DNA of 60,000 nucleotides from Malacoraja senta (taxonomy: Eukaryota): contig CM075990.1 in NCBI GenBank assembly GCA_038087875.1, positions 10,046,001-10,106,000 of the forward strand, given 5' to 3'. Shown here one piece after another: positions 1-11,200 of this stretch. Each line of letters starts with the position of its first letter. The stretch's first letter is position 1. The translations under genes were made by a program, and so were the position numbers. The notes under the pieces are model-generated. The model was given only the letters and a program-made list of their open reading frames with translations, was not told the origin of the DNA and ran no database searches.

Positions 1-1118
1 AAAAAAAAATCTTTATGTCTCCCAAAAAATTATTTATTACTGACAGGAATAAGATACCACAGGTTACATATGAGAAGGCTCGATTTTCAGAGAAATTATT
101 GTGCCTTTACTATCAAGCCTGCACTTTTGGAGAAATTGGAGCAGAAATATACCATTCAGCTCTTTAAGCCTTTCCACCATTCAGTGGTATAATGGATAAA
201 ACATTCATCAAGTTCCCTTAATCCTTGATTCCCTTGTTGAATAGAACTCTCAGCCTTAATATAAGGACTCCAGGGTGATGTAGAAACAATATGATTGTTG
301 GTTTACAATAGAAGACAGATAGTGGTGATGTAACTCAGCAGGTCAGGCAGCATCTCTGGAGAACGTGGATAGGTGATGTTTCGGGTCAGGACTCTTCTTC
401 AAACTTGTGTTTCAGGTTGAAATCCTTCTTCAGGCAGAGAGCTTGAGTCTGAAGAAGAGTCCCGACTCAAAACATCGCCTATCCATGTTCTCCTGAGACA
501 CTGTCTGAGCCACTGGATTACTCCTGCACTTTGTGACTTCAGGGCGACGTATAATTTATGCAAAGATTGCAATCATTCAGGAATAACCCTCAGTGCCTGA
601 AATTGCACAAATCTCAAGTGCGGGAGACTAGAGTTAGTGTTTCATGTTCTCTGATTTCTGACCTGTGCAGTTCCAGGGAATAATGAACTGTTGCACAGTA
701 ATTCCACGCCCTCTTTTTTAGATGATGTCATGTAATGAGTTTGATTGAAAGACTTGAGTGATAATTCTGTTACCATGGCTTCAGCACAAAGTGCCTCCTG
801 CCACTTACACTATCACTAAAATGTTGCGATAGCAACAGGTTTGCAATTTCTAAATGGACTAAATTTTTGGTCCAAATACAAAATAATCCAGCAGTATCAT
901 CGCTTCTACTTCCATAATTATCAAAGTCAGCACTGCATCAAACTGTAATTAAAGATTATTTTTTCTGTTTTGTCTATCTTGCTCTGTGACTCCTTTTTTT
1001 CTCTGTGGCATATGTAATACTTGTCATAAATAATATTCAAACTCGTCAGAATCATCTTCAATGTTGCCTTCTTTGTTATCATCAGGAGAAGAAGTATGGA
1101 GCAAGTCAAATATGATAT

Positions 1119-1617
1119 TGTAGCGACACCTGCTGGTGCCTGTGGGTAGTCGAACCCTGCGGTCGGGCTACCGCGGTCATGTAAGTGTGGGGAGGGGTTT
1201 TGTTTTCGCGCGTTTTCTGGGCTAGGCCCATTCATTACTTCAACCACCGTTGTGGTAGGATCGTTTTGTGTTAGCTGTCGTTTGATCTGCGTTGTTTTCA
1301 CTGCTTTGTCAATAAAGCTCGTTTGGGAAAACAACTACCGTCTCGACTCGCTAAATTGGTGACCCCGACGCGCCCAATTTGAAATTGAACGCCGGGATGC
1401 AGGACGAGTTAGCTCCCGTTGCCGTTCCCGACGCCCATCAGAGCGCCGTCAGCCTCAAGCTGCCGGTGTTTTGGCCTGAGCAGCCACAAGTGTGGTTTGC
1501 ACATGTGGAAGCGCAGTTCCACCTGCGCCGCATCGTTGCGGACGAGACGGAATATTTTCATGTGGTGGGAGCCCTGACGCAGGAGTCAGCCTCCCGTCTG
1601 CTTCTCGACTCGCTAAA
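1119..1617 (+). mobile_element. Internally deleted Gypsy-type LTR retrotransposon (5' LTR 1119-1355, PBS 1357-1370, gag start, last 15 bp of 3' LTR)
   Basis: TGTAGCGA...TCGCTAAA termini; AATAAA inside the LTR; PBS TGGTGACCCCGACG (tRNA-Trp complement); gag-like AVSLKLPVFWPEQPQVWFAHVEAQF; ATAT TSD at 1115-1118 and 1618-1621. Confidence 0.88.
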
Positions 1618-1698
1618 ATATGAATAAAAAGGCAAGCCAAGAAGTCCCGGCAAGCCACGGTGGCAAACGTCTCCCAGGAGGCCATAGAGAAGCCAGGC

Positions 1699-1824
1699 GG
1701 TGGAGCCTCGCTGGTCGGTGGAGCCTCGCTGGTCGGTGGAGCCTCGCTGGTCAGTGGAGCCTCGCTGGTCGGTGGAGCCTTGCTGGTCGGTGGAGCCTCG
1801 CTGGTCGGTGGAGCCTCGCTGGTC
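1699..1824. repeat. Minisatellite, 7 x 18 bp GGTGGAGCCTCGCTGGTC, inside a GC-rich repeat fragment
   Basis: Seven tandem units with two single-base variants; explains the repetitive ORFs at 1455-2013. Confidence 0.95.
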
Positions 1825-3550
1825 GGGCGCCGGCGGTTGAGGATGGCCACGTGGGAGCCGGTGGATGCGCCTATGGGAACAAAGGAGGACCAAGCGGGAG
1901 GGTGGATCCACCATAAGGGTGTTGGGGGTGGGGGATTGAGGGAACAAAGGAGGTACCGGCAATGGGCAAAGGCCAAGACAAGACTCTATAATTTTAGAAA
2001 CTTTGACACTTGAATGATACAGGCTGGTGCCTGAAACGTGTACTAGAACAACTTGGATATAGCTTCAGATGTTTCAACTGTAGAGAGCAAGTTCACAGAC
2101 ATTCTGTGCAGGACTAATGAAACCACAAGAAGTCTCAGGAGCAAATAAACTATATTGCAATGGAATACAGGAGAAATCACTAAAAATTGTCACTTTAAAT
2201 AGCATTTTGAGCAAAATGAATGAATAGCAATATCAAAACAATAGATCAATAATTCCATGTCCACGGGTAAATATTAATATGAACATAAGGTGCTGCATCT
2301 TCAGAGGGAAAGCTGGTAACCAAAGGTTTAGGAAGGTGTCCCTGTTTAGAAGAAGACTGAGATTGAGAATGTACTCTGGTGGGCTTGGGAATATCGGAAA
2401 AAATTCCACCTAGAGGTAAAAAGCTCCTGTATATATGAAATCTAATGCCCAACCACTGTGGGGCATTAGATTTCACATTAGAACCACAAATAAAACAAAA
2501 ATGTTGGAGATATTCAGCAGGACAAGCAGCATCTGTGGAGAGAGAAACAGAGTTAATGTTTCACACCAATGATGAAAGGTTAAGGGTTGGCCAATCTGAT
2601 GCTCTGGTGCGGCCCTGAGAGAGTCCGGCCTCGCTGGAGGTGCTGGTTTTCAAGGGGCACAATCTGCTGGCACATGGCAGTGAAAGATCCCATGGCATCT
2701 GTCCTGCATAGGAGCAGGGGAATATTCTCCAATGTTGCATTCCTATTACACAACTGAACTGATGCTGAGATAACTCAGTGGGACAGGCAGCATCTCTGGA
2801 GAGAAGGAATGGGTGACATTTCGGATGGAGATGGTCTCTCCTTCTCTCCAGAGATGCTGCCTGTCCTGCTGAGTTACTCCAGCATCTGAGGTTCCTTCCT
2901 ACACATGATTAGAACAGATTAATGATTTATCTTTTATGCCAATGTACAAAACATCTCATCGATTATAAAGTCTGTTGGGAACTCATGAAGTTCTGAAAAG
3001 TGCAAATTTTGTTTCATGTGCTATACTGAAGGCTGAGTGTCCTCTTGATCCTGATTTTGCTGAATAAGTAAGTGACATGAGCTACATATAATTAGTTGAT
3101 CAACACTCCTCCTGGTTACTGGATAACAACAGGCTTTGTATCTTTGTGCTGACTGTATGAGAATCAATCTTATACTCCTTTCATCCAGGTCATTGCTTAA
3201 TCCTCCGTAACCACAGTAACGTTGAAAAGCTGCCTCAGAAACACGAGAACAAGTAAAAACAAAGTATTGCCATCTGAAATGATGCAAGCAGATTAACTCA
3301 TAATGTTTGGGACAAAGACCCATCATTTATTTATTTGCCTCTGTACACCATAATTTTAGATTTGTAATAAAAAATGTCACGTGTAGTTAAAGTGCACATT
3401 GTCAGATTTTAATAAAGGCCATTTTTATACATTTTGGTTTCACCATGTAGAAATTACAGCAGTGTTTATACACAAGTCCCAAACATTATGGAGGGCACTG
3501 AAGGTCTAATGATTTCCATTGCCCAGTCCAGCAGGAGTGTCCCCTAGGAA

Positions 3551-3857
3551 CAGCATGGTGGTATAGCGGTAGAGCTACTGCCTTACAGCGCCAGAGACCC
3601 GGGTTTGATCCTGACTACAGGTGCTTGTCTGCACGGAGTTTGTACGTTCTCCCCGTGACCTACGTGGTTTTCTCCGAGATCTTCTGTTTCCTCCCCCACT
3701 CCAAAGATGTGCAGGTTTGTAGGTTAATTGGCTTGGTATAATTGTAAAAATGTCCTTAGTGTGTGTAGGGCAGCGTTAATGTGCGTGGATCGCTGGTGGG
3801 TGTGGACTCGGTGGGCTGAAGGGCCTGTATCCATTTTGTATCTCTAAACTAAACTAA
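3551..3857 (+). mobile_element. tRNA-derived SINE (HE1/V-SINE-like)
   Basis: tRNA-like head with A/B boxes, central GGAGTTTGTACGTTCTCCCCGTG domain, CR1-like tail GAAGGGCCTGT...(CTAAA)n. Confidence 0.88.
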
Positions 3858-5321
3858 TCTGCAAGCTTGGGACTTCTTAAGGACTGCGCCAGGGTTAGAT
3901 ACCAGCTTTAGACCAGACTGAAAGCTCGGCCAGTTGGCTCAGGCTGCAGAACGGTCAATTCGGTACACTGAGGATGGTGGCTCAGGTGGCCATCTACCAG
4001 GTCAAAGACCAGTTTGGAGATGTCAACCAGGCTGTCTGCCTGGGGTGGTTGACTATCAAGAGCATCTTGTAAGTCAGGCATTAGCTCCAGACTGCCTTCC
4101 CAGACTTGTAGGCTCATGCAGTAGATCCAGGTGGACCTATTGGTCCAGCCAGTGCTTCCAGTCTGGAAATGTCGGCTGTGGGCCCAAAGGTGATCACGAG
4201 CAATGGATCAGACTATCAACCCAGGCTGCAGACTCCGCCATAGACTAAGACAGTTGTCCCAGACTCTGGTTGTGGGTGTAAGGAGTAACCTCAGGCTATG
4301 GGTGCAGGCAGTATGACCAGGAATTAGTCCCAGACTCTGGGACTAAGTGGTTGTTCCAGGCTGTAGTGGTAGGTACCAGGTCCAGTAGTGACACTAGGCA
4401 TTTTTTTTCCATTCTGAATGACAAAGCTGTAGTCTCAAGCCATGGGTGTAGGAAATTTGCCCAAGTGCGAGGCATAAATTGCAATCCCAGGCTTCAGCAC
4501 TGGCTTTAAGCCCAGGCAGTAGCATAGGTTGAAGAAGATTAATGAACTGCAGATGCCAGAAATCTGAAATAAAAATAGAAAATGCTGGGAACAGAACAGG
4601 TCAGCCTGGGACAAAAAACCATGAGTTAATATTTCAGTTTGATGACACTCTGTCTGAAATTGGTTGTCCTGCATGGTGGGCCCAGGCAATAGAGTCGTGC
4701 TGTTTCCCCATGTCACTTGACAACTGTGTGCTCACCCACCAAGAAGACTCAGCCGTAAGTTTCAAGTCAAGAGAGTTTATTGTCATGTGTCCCAGATAGG
4801 ACAATGAAATTCTTGCTGTTTAAATGTGAAATGAATTATAACACATACAAAAAAAAATGAGGTCTGCAATTTGATCATCCTTTATTTGTTTCTGACCATA
4901 TTTTACATTTTTAATAGCATAATTCTAATCAAACTTCAATCAATAAATAAAATTAAATTATATATAAGACCTATGGTTTCTTTACGATTACTCAGCGCTT
5001 TTGGTATTTGACCCTTGGTGATATTCTTATTTCAAAGTCTAATAATCTACACTCTAATGAGATAATACAGCAATTTTTTTTAAAAGACACAAAGTGCTGG
5101 AGTAACTCAGCGGGTCAGGTAGCATCTCTGGAGAACATGGATAGGCGACATTCTGGGTCAGGATCCTTCTCTTGTTTCTCCAACAGACGAATCAAGACAG
5201 AATCCAAGGAGATAAACAATTATGAAGAGGAAATTTAATCTGCAACTACCTCCCTTGAAATCCGCAGTGGCTGGGGTCGACTGAAAATTTCAAACAGATA
5301 AATATTTTTTTGTTCGGCTAA

Positions 5322-5612
5322 GGTGGCACAGTGGTGCAGATGTAGAGTTGCTGCCTTGCAGCGCCAGAGTTCCGGGTTCGATCCCGACTATGGGTGCTGT
5401 CGGTACGGAGTTTGTACGTTCTCCCTGTGTTTTTGTGGTGCTCCGGTTTCCTGCCACACTAAAGATGTACAGGTTTGTAGGTTAATTGGCTTTGGTTAAA
5501 AAAAAAATTGTCCCTAATGTGTTGGATAGTGTTAGTGTGTAGGGTGATCGCTGGTCGGCATGGACTTGGTGGGTCGAAGGGCCTGTTTCTGCGCTCTATC
5601 TCTAAAATCTAA
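5322..5612 (+). mobile_element. tRNA-derived SINE (HE1/V-SINE-like)
   Basis: GGTTCGATCCC B box; same body and tail as the 3551 copy. Confidence 0.88.
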
Positions 5613-6327
5613 AGGATTAGGGATTATGAATCCCAGGCCGGTGGATGTTTAATTGAATGAAATAATTTGGCTTAGAGTGCTGAACATACTCCTCTTGTTC
5701 CTACGTTCCTATCCATTAAGGTCAAGTATTTTGTAAATTAGATAAACAGTGGATTTTATGGTCTTACAGATAATAAAACTCTCAGCATTCACCATCAGTA
5801 CACTTTGCAACCAACAACACCGTCAGGAACTTGGACGGTTAAACATGGTAATACAACAATTGTTGTGATGGATTTGGCTCCTCCACAGGGCGTTTTGCTG
5901 ACGTCCTCCCACATAAAAATATTTGAACTGACGACTTTTTAACCAATGACTTTCACTGCATATCCAAACCACAAAATCATGAAACAGGTTCTCCAATTTT
6001 AGGTAAATGATCCCTCTCCCTCCCTTTATCCCCTCCCTACCCTGTGGCCCACCTGGAATTTGTAATCACACCTATTTCACCCTTTCCCCATCCCACTGAT
6101 CTCTTCCACATGTGTTGCTCCTTCTGGCTTTACATTTCACTGCTCTTTTACTTTATCTCACACTATTTGACTTTTCATCTCTGGCCTTTATCCAACCATC
6201 TGCCTATCAACCCAACCCCCCCCCCCTCACCTGTATCCACCTATTACCTGCCAGTCTTTGTCCTGTGGTACACAAAAATGCTGGAGAAACTCAGCGGGTG
6301 CAGCAGCATCTATGGGGCAAAGGAAAT

Positions 6328-6360
6328 AGGCAACGTTTCGGGCCGAAACCCTTCTTCAGT
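6328..6360 (-). ncRNA. Minimal hammerhead ribozyme motif (second Penelope subfamily)
   Basis: CTGAAGA-A-GGGT-TTC-GGCCC-GAAA-CGTT; insert flanked by 15-bp repeat CAGTCTTTGTCCTGT (6252-6266, 6357-6371). Confidence 0.6.
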
Positions 6361-6711
6361 CTTTGTCCTGTCCCCACCTCGATCCCAACCCGAAACATCA
6401 CCCATCCATCTTCCCCAGAGAGGCTGCCTGACCTGGTGAGTTACTCTAGCACTTTGTGTTCCTTACGGTAAACCAACATCTCGAGTTCATTGTGTCAACA
6501 GCAGCATGTTATTCCTATGCCAGCTCTCAGAACAGAACCAACAATCCCATTCCCTCACTTATTTCTTTGCAACCTACTCTTTCCTACTTGCCCGCAATGT
6601 TGCTTAATTCTCCTGTCACTTACCTACATTATAGGTAATTTACAGGGGCCATTTAAACAACCAACACATTTTTGGGAGTATCCAGGACAAACTGACACAG
6701 TCACAGGGAGA

Positions 6712-6940
6712 TAGACACAAAATGCTGGAGTAACTCAGCAGGACAGGCAGCATCTCTGGAAAAAAGAAATGGGTGATATTTCAGGTCGAGACCCTTCTTC
6801 AGACTGACGAAGGTCTGAAGAAGGGTCTTGACCCGAAACATCACCCATTCCTTCAATCCAGAGATGCTGCCTGTCCCGCTGAGTTACTTCAGCATTTTGT
6901 GTCCATCTTCGGTGCAAACCAGCATCTGCAGTTACTTCCT
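6712..6940. mobile_element. Inverted-pair Penelope pseudo-LTR derivative with hammerhead-like motif on both strands
   Basis: Palindromic arms ATGCTGGAGTAACTCAGC...; CTGAAGAAGGGTCTTGACCCGAAAC; direct repeat ACACAGTCACAGGGAGA at 6695-6711 and 6941-6957. Confidence 0.8.
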
Positions 6941-7251
6941 ACACAGTCACAGGGAGAAGGTGCAAACTCAACAAATTCAGCCCGAGATCGGAATTGAACC
7001 AAGGATATTGAAACTGTGCGGTAATAACCCTGACAATCTGTCTCCTCTGCCTCCCAGACCTATTCAATTTTGAAAAGATCGATTGTCATTGATATTAAAT
7101 GTTATTAAATTAAAGCTTAATAAACCACAAATACTGTCGAACACACTCAGGCACTGGAAAACAAATTTGATCTGTGGAGTCTACACCCCTCAGAATAATC
7201 ACTTCTAGAAATTTCAGAATATTTATCGAAGCTGAAAGTATTTTTGTTACA

Positions 7252-7257
7252 TTTATT
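7252..7257 (-). terminator. Candidate poly(A) signal of the kinase gene
   Basis: AATAAA on the minus strand about 0.95 kb after the stop; another at 7679-7684. Confidence 0.35.
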
Positions 7258-8197
7258 TAAAATATTCCAGAATAAGTACACACTCCAAACTTTAATTCTT
7301 GCTCTGTAAAAGCTTAAAAAATGACATTAAGATGAGTACTCTTTCATTCCTTGCTTTCTCTCTGAGAGATATCTTCAGTTTAATTAGTAGTTCGACCAGC
7401 TTGAGGGAGTTGTACTGCAGGAAAACAGGTATTTCCTTGAACTGATGCCCAACAGCGATCAGTCAGAAAAAGAGAGGTTCTCATATGGAAAGAGGTACAT
7501 TTTCCTTTTTTTTTTTTTTAATTATTTTTTTTATTTTTTTAAAGAGGTACATTTTCCTGAAGAACTTTTGCCTCCATTGGCTTCACTGGTCATTGCTTCA
7601 TCATTTCTTTCATATTAATATTTCTCATCGTAATCCGTTGTAATTTCCATGATGGATTATGATTATGCCAGTGTTTTGTTTATTCTGTTCTTGTCTGCAA
7701 ATGTGAGCTCAGATCTTTTGACAAGGCAATACATTGTAGGCATTTTCTCTGGAGTTTAATTACTAGGCTGTTGGAGATTAGGCTTGCAAATACAATCAAA
7801 TTAACAATCACCTGCCCCATGACCATTGCTAGCTTTGCGTTTTCTTTTTACAGTTAATTCTCTCCAAAGGATCAGCTAAATGGCACTAGTGGCTTTCTTC
7901 AATTATTGGCAGAATGTGCACTGACTGAGAGTGTCTTAAATGTATCGCCGGAATTACATATGATTCCAACCTCCCATGGCCCCAAAACTCTTCACCACCT
8001 CTCTATCTCGCAGGATCAGCACAGTTACCATAGGCTTTCAAACATCAAGGCACATCCATTCTGAATATAGCAATTAGATTGGAAATGATATGGTTCTAAT
8101 TGTTTAAGAAAGCTTGTTGCGGAACAATGAACTTATTCCCACTTCTCCAAGATTCCTGAGGTTTTCAGTCTTCATCCTCAGATGTGGAAGCCAGTCC

Positions 8198-8293
8198 TCA
8201 AAAGCCCTCATCCCAGCCTGAGAACTCATCTGGAGGCGCTTCATTGTTACGGCAGAAGCTGTCAAAGTGGCTGTGGTCTGTTGGTCCTTGTAA
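8198..8293 (-). CDS. PRKG2-like: PRKG2-like last coding exon 18
   Basis: [31 protein letters not shown]; 96 nt ending TGA. Confidence 0.94.
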   Translation of the reverse strand, partial: LQGPTDHSHFDSFCRNNEAPPDEFSGWDEGF

Positions 8294-11200
8294 CTGATAG
8301 CAAGAAGGAAACATAGGATTAAAGAGAAATGGTGTAAGAAAGAGCTGCAGATGCTGGTTTACACCGAATGCTGGAGTAACTCATTCTTATGAACCTGAAT
8401 CAACAAATTTCCTGCTCCTCTGCAATAACCAGTCTTCTCCCAACAAGTTACAATTATAACTCATTTTTAACCAAATAAGGCTGGTTGACTTGCAAATTAC
8501 ACCTTTTGATATATTCTGAAGATAACACATCTGAATGCTGGTGAAATGAGTCTCTTAGGTCTGATGTTTGCGCTGAATAGAATCTCTTAGGTTTGATGTT
8601 CTCAAACAACTAGGGTTCAGACAAACAATCTCATTAAAGCCTAATACACTTAGACAGCTTGGTGGGATGGACATGGTGAGGCTTATTCCAGAGTCCACAC
8701 TCACATGGCTAAGTCTTAACATAAGTGATTGTCAATTTAGATCTGGAATGAGAAGAGATCTCACTCACCTTCTGAGTATGTTGAACTCTGAGATAGAGAG
8801 ATGTTTGGATATGAGGATACATAAACTACAGATTCCATATCAAAGTGGAGTTAAAGAATCAACCATGATCTTGTTGAATAATGGAGCAGGTTCAATACTT
8901 TTTAAATTTTCTAAACTACAGTCCTTTAATAGATACAAGGAACTGCAGATGCTGGTTTACAAAAAAAAGAAACAAAGTGTTAGAGTAACTCAGTGAGTCA
9001 GGCAGTATCTATGGAGAACCTGGCTAGGTTATGTTTTGGGTCAGGATGCTTCTTCAGATGAAGGAGAAATCTGTTTAGAGTCTGAAGAAAGTTCACCCGA
9101 AATGTCCCCTCTCCATGTTTTCCAGAGATGCTGCTTGACCCACTGAGTTACTCCAGCACTTTGTATATTTTTTTGCTTCCTTTAGTAGAACGGTCAATGG
9201 CTTTAAGTTACTTGGTGATAGAATCAGAATGATGTAGAGACTATGCATTTTCATTCAAAGACTGGTTGGAATCTGTATATTTACCTCTTGAAATCACAGA
9301 AGAAGCAATCCAGTAAGAAAGTATCTCAATTGAATTGCAACCTTCAAGGCTACAGTCTGAGATCAGGGATCAGCCTAAGCAACTTTTCTTTGGCTGGTGT
9401 GTGCTTGATGGGCTGAATGGTGCCCTTGTGTGCAGTAAGTCTATGATTCTACAATGATTCTCTCTGGAATAGCTTCCTATGATGTCTTGGTGTCCATGAA
9501 TTATTTTAGAAGCGTGTTAAACAATATTAACATTGTTACCTCCCTTTTAAGCAAGGATTTCATTTTCCGAGTCCGTAGACCCTCCCAGTCGAAGCCTTGA
9601 AACCACCTGAAAACAAAGTGATAGGACAAGGGATTTTTTATCATTAGAGAAGAGATGATTTATTCTCTTTGCAGTAACTATCAATTAAAGAGGGATAGCT
9701 GAAGGATCCCTGAGAGGTTTGTGCATATTAACAAGCATTGCAATGAAAGCTATAATGTTTTTATAAAGGAGAAAGTATGTAGTTTTCACATTGATCTTTC
9801 CTGCATATAATGTGCTAATGAGGCATCGCCGCTCCGGAAAGATCTCCGGGTGTTTTGTGCCGTGAAATATTTTGGACAGCACTAGTGATTGTTTTGTGTT
9901 CCCCGCTGGGAGATACGATACAACTTTGTGGGGGGGCGGGGGGTATGTGTGGGGGGGCGGGGGGTAGGGAAGGGGGAAACTTTAATAATATTTTCCCTGT
10001 ATGGAGGACCCGACCTTTCTCTGTCGGGTCTCCGTTGTCGTTGGGGCCTAGCACCGTGGAGCGGCCTCCAACCGGGACGACCTGGGGCTCCAGTCGCGGA
10101 GCCGGCGGACTTACTCACCATCGCGTAGCTGGCCGAGTTCGGAACGGGAGGAGCTGTGGTGGCGCGCTGCTGCTACCCGACCCCGGAGATTCGGAGGCTC
10201 CAGCCGCCGGCCCGGTGGACGGTGACATCGGGAGCTCGCGGGTCCCTGGTGGGAGACCGCTTTTCGGGGCTCCCGCAACGGCAACTTCTCCCGCCCGAGT
10301 TGCGGGGTTGAGGATGACCTGGAGCGGGGTCTGACATTGCCCGGCGCGGCTTTAAATGTCCGCGGGACTTGCTGGCGCTACTGGGGGCTCCAACATCAAG
10401 ACCTGGAGCATGGCCTTGCATCGCCCGGCGCGGCTTTAATGGCTGCGGGACATATCTACCATCGCCCGCCGGGGGCTTTGACTTTGACATTGGGAGGAGA
10501 ATGTGGAGTGCAGGGGAGAGACAAGACTTTGCCTTCCATCACAGTGAGGAGGAGATTCACTGTGATGGATGTTTGTGTAAATTGTGTTGTGTCTTGGTTC
10601 TTTTTACTTGTTTGTATGACTGCAGAAACTAAATTTCGTTTGAACTTAGGTTCAAATGACAACAAATAAATTGTATTGTATTGTATTGTATTGTAACTTT
10701 ATTCATCCCGGAGGAAAATTGGTCTGCCGACACTCACAACACACACGGTACACAGAAACTTGAAATTAAAAGTGAAAACGAAAAGAAAAAGACAGGTGAC
10801 TGTTGGCTGAGTACACAGGGCTATCACCGGAACAAATGAACAAACACAGACTTCTCCCCTGGGCAGAGGATTCTAAAACTAAAGTGCCCCCCCTCCCCCA
10901 CACCGGGTCCCACTTTGTTCTCCCACCCTCCCTCACAGCAGTCCCCCACACTGGGTCCCCATTGTCTTCCCCTCCCACCACAGCCGAGGCCCACGCTGCC
11001 ACCGTCGATCTGAATTACTTTCAAAAGGGCCACAGCAGAATGAAAGGGAGCTGAAGAGCAGCCATTCGCCCCCTCACCAACCTCCATGCTGGAAATCCAC
11101 AAATTACGTGGTGTGTGGCCTGACATTTGCCAGCCCTCTGCTGCTGAAGAGTCTTGTTTATTCTCACACCTTTCTATCTCACTCTTGGGGGCATTCTCAG

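Noticed and set aside
1020..1112. Acidic minus-strand frame FDLLHTSSPDDNKEGNIEDDSDEFEYYL*, plus exon-like stretches at about 2250-2480, 3020-3330 and 7340-7660
   Set aside because: No recognisable homology and no consistent splice chain could be built.
1455..2013. Repetitive ORFs (PPTSEA, STDQRG, GGASLV repeats) and a CRISPR-like look
   Set aside because: These are translations of an 18-bp minisatellite with no spacers, in eukaryotic DNA.
3551..3620. tRNA gene-like sequence
   Set aside because: It is the head of a multicopy SINE.
9815..10669. Several overlapping 80-160 aa ORFs
   Set aside because: They arise from stop-codon scarcity in a GC-rich repeat and have no recognisable domain; the same applies to 14006-14738.
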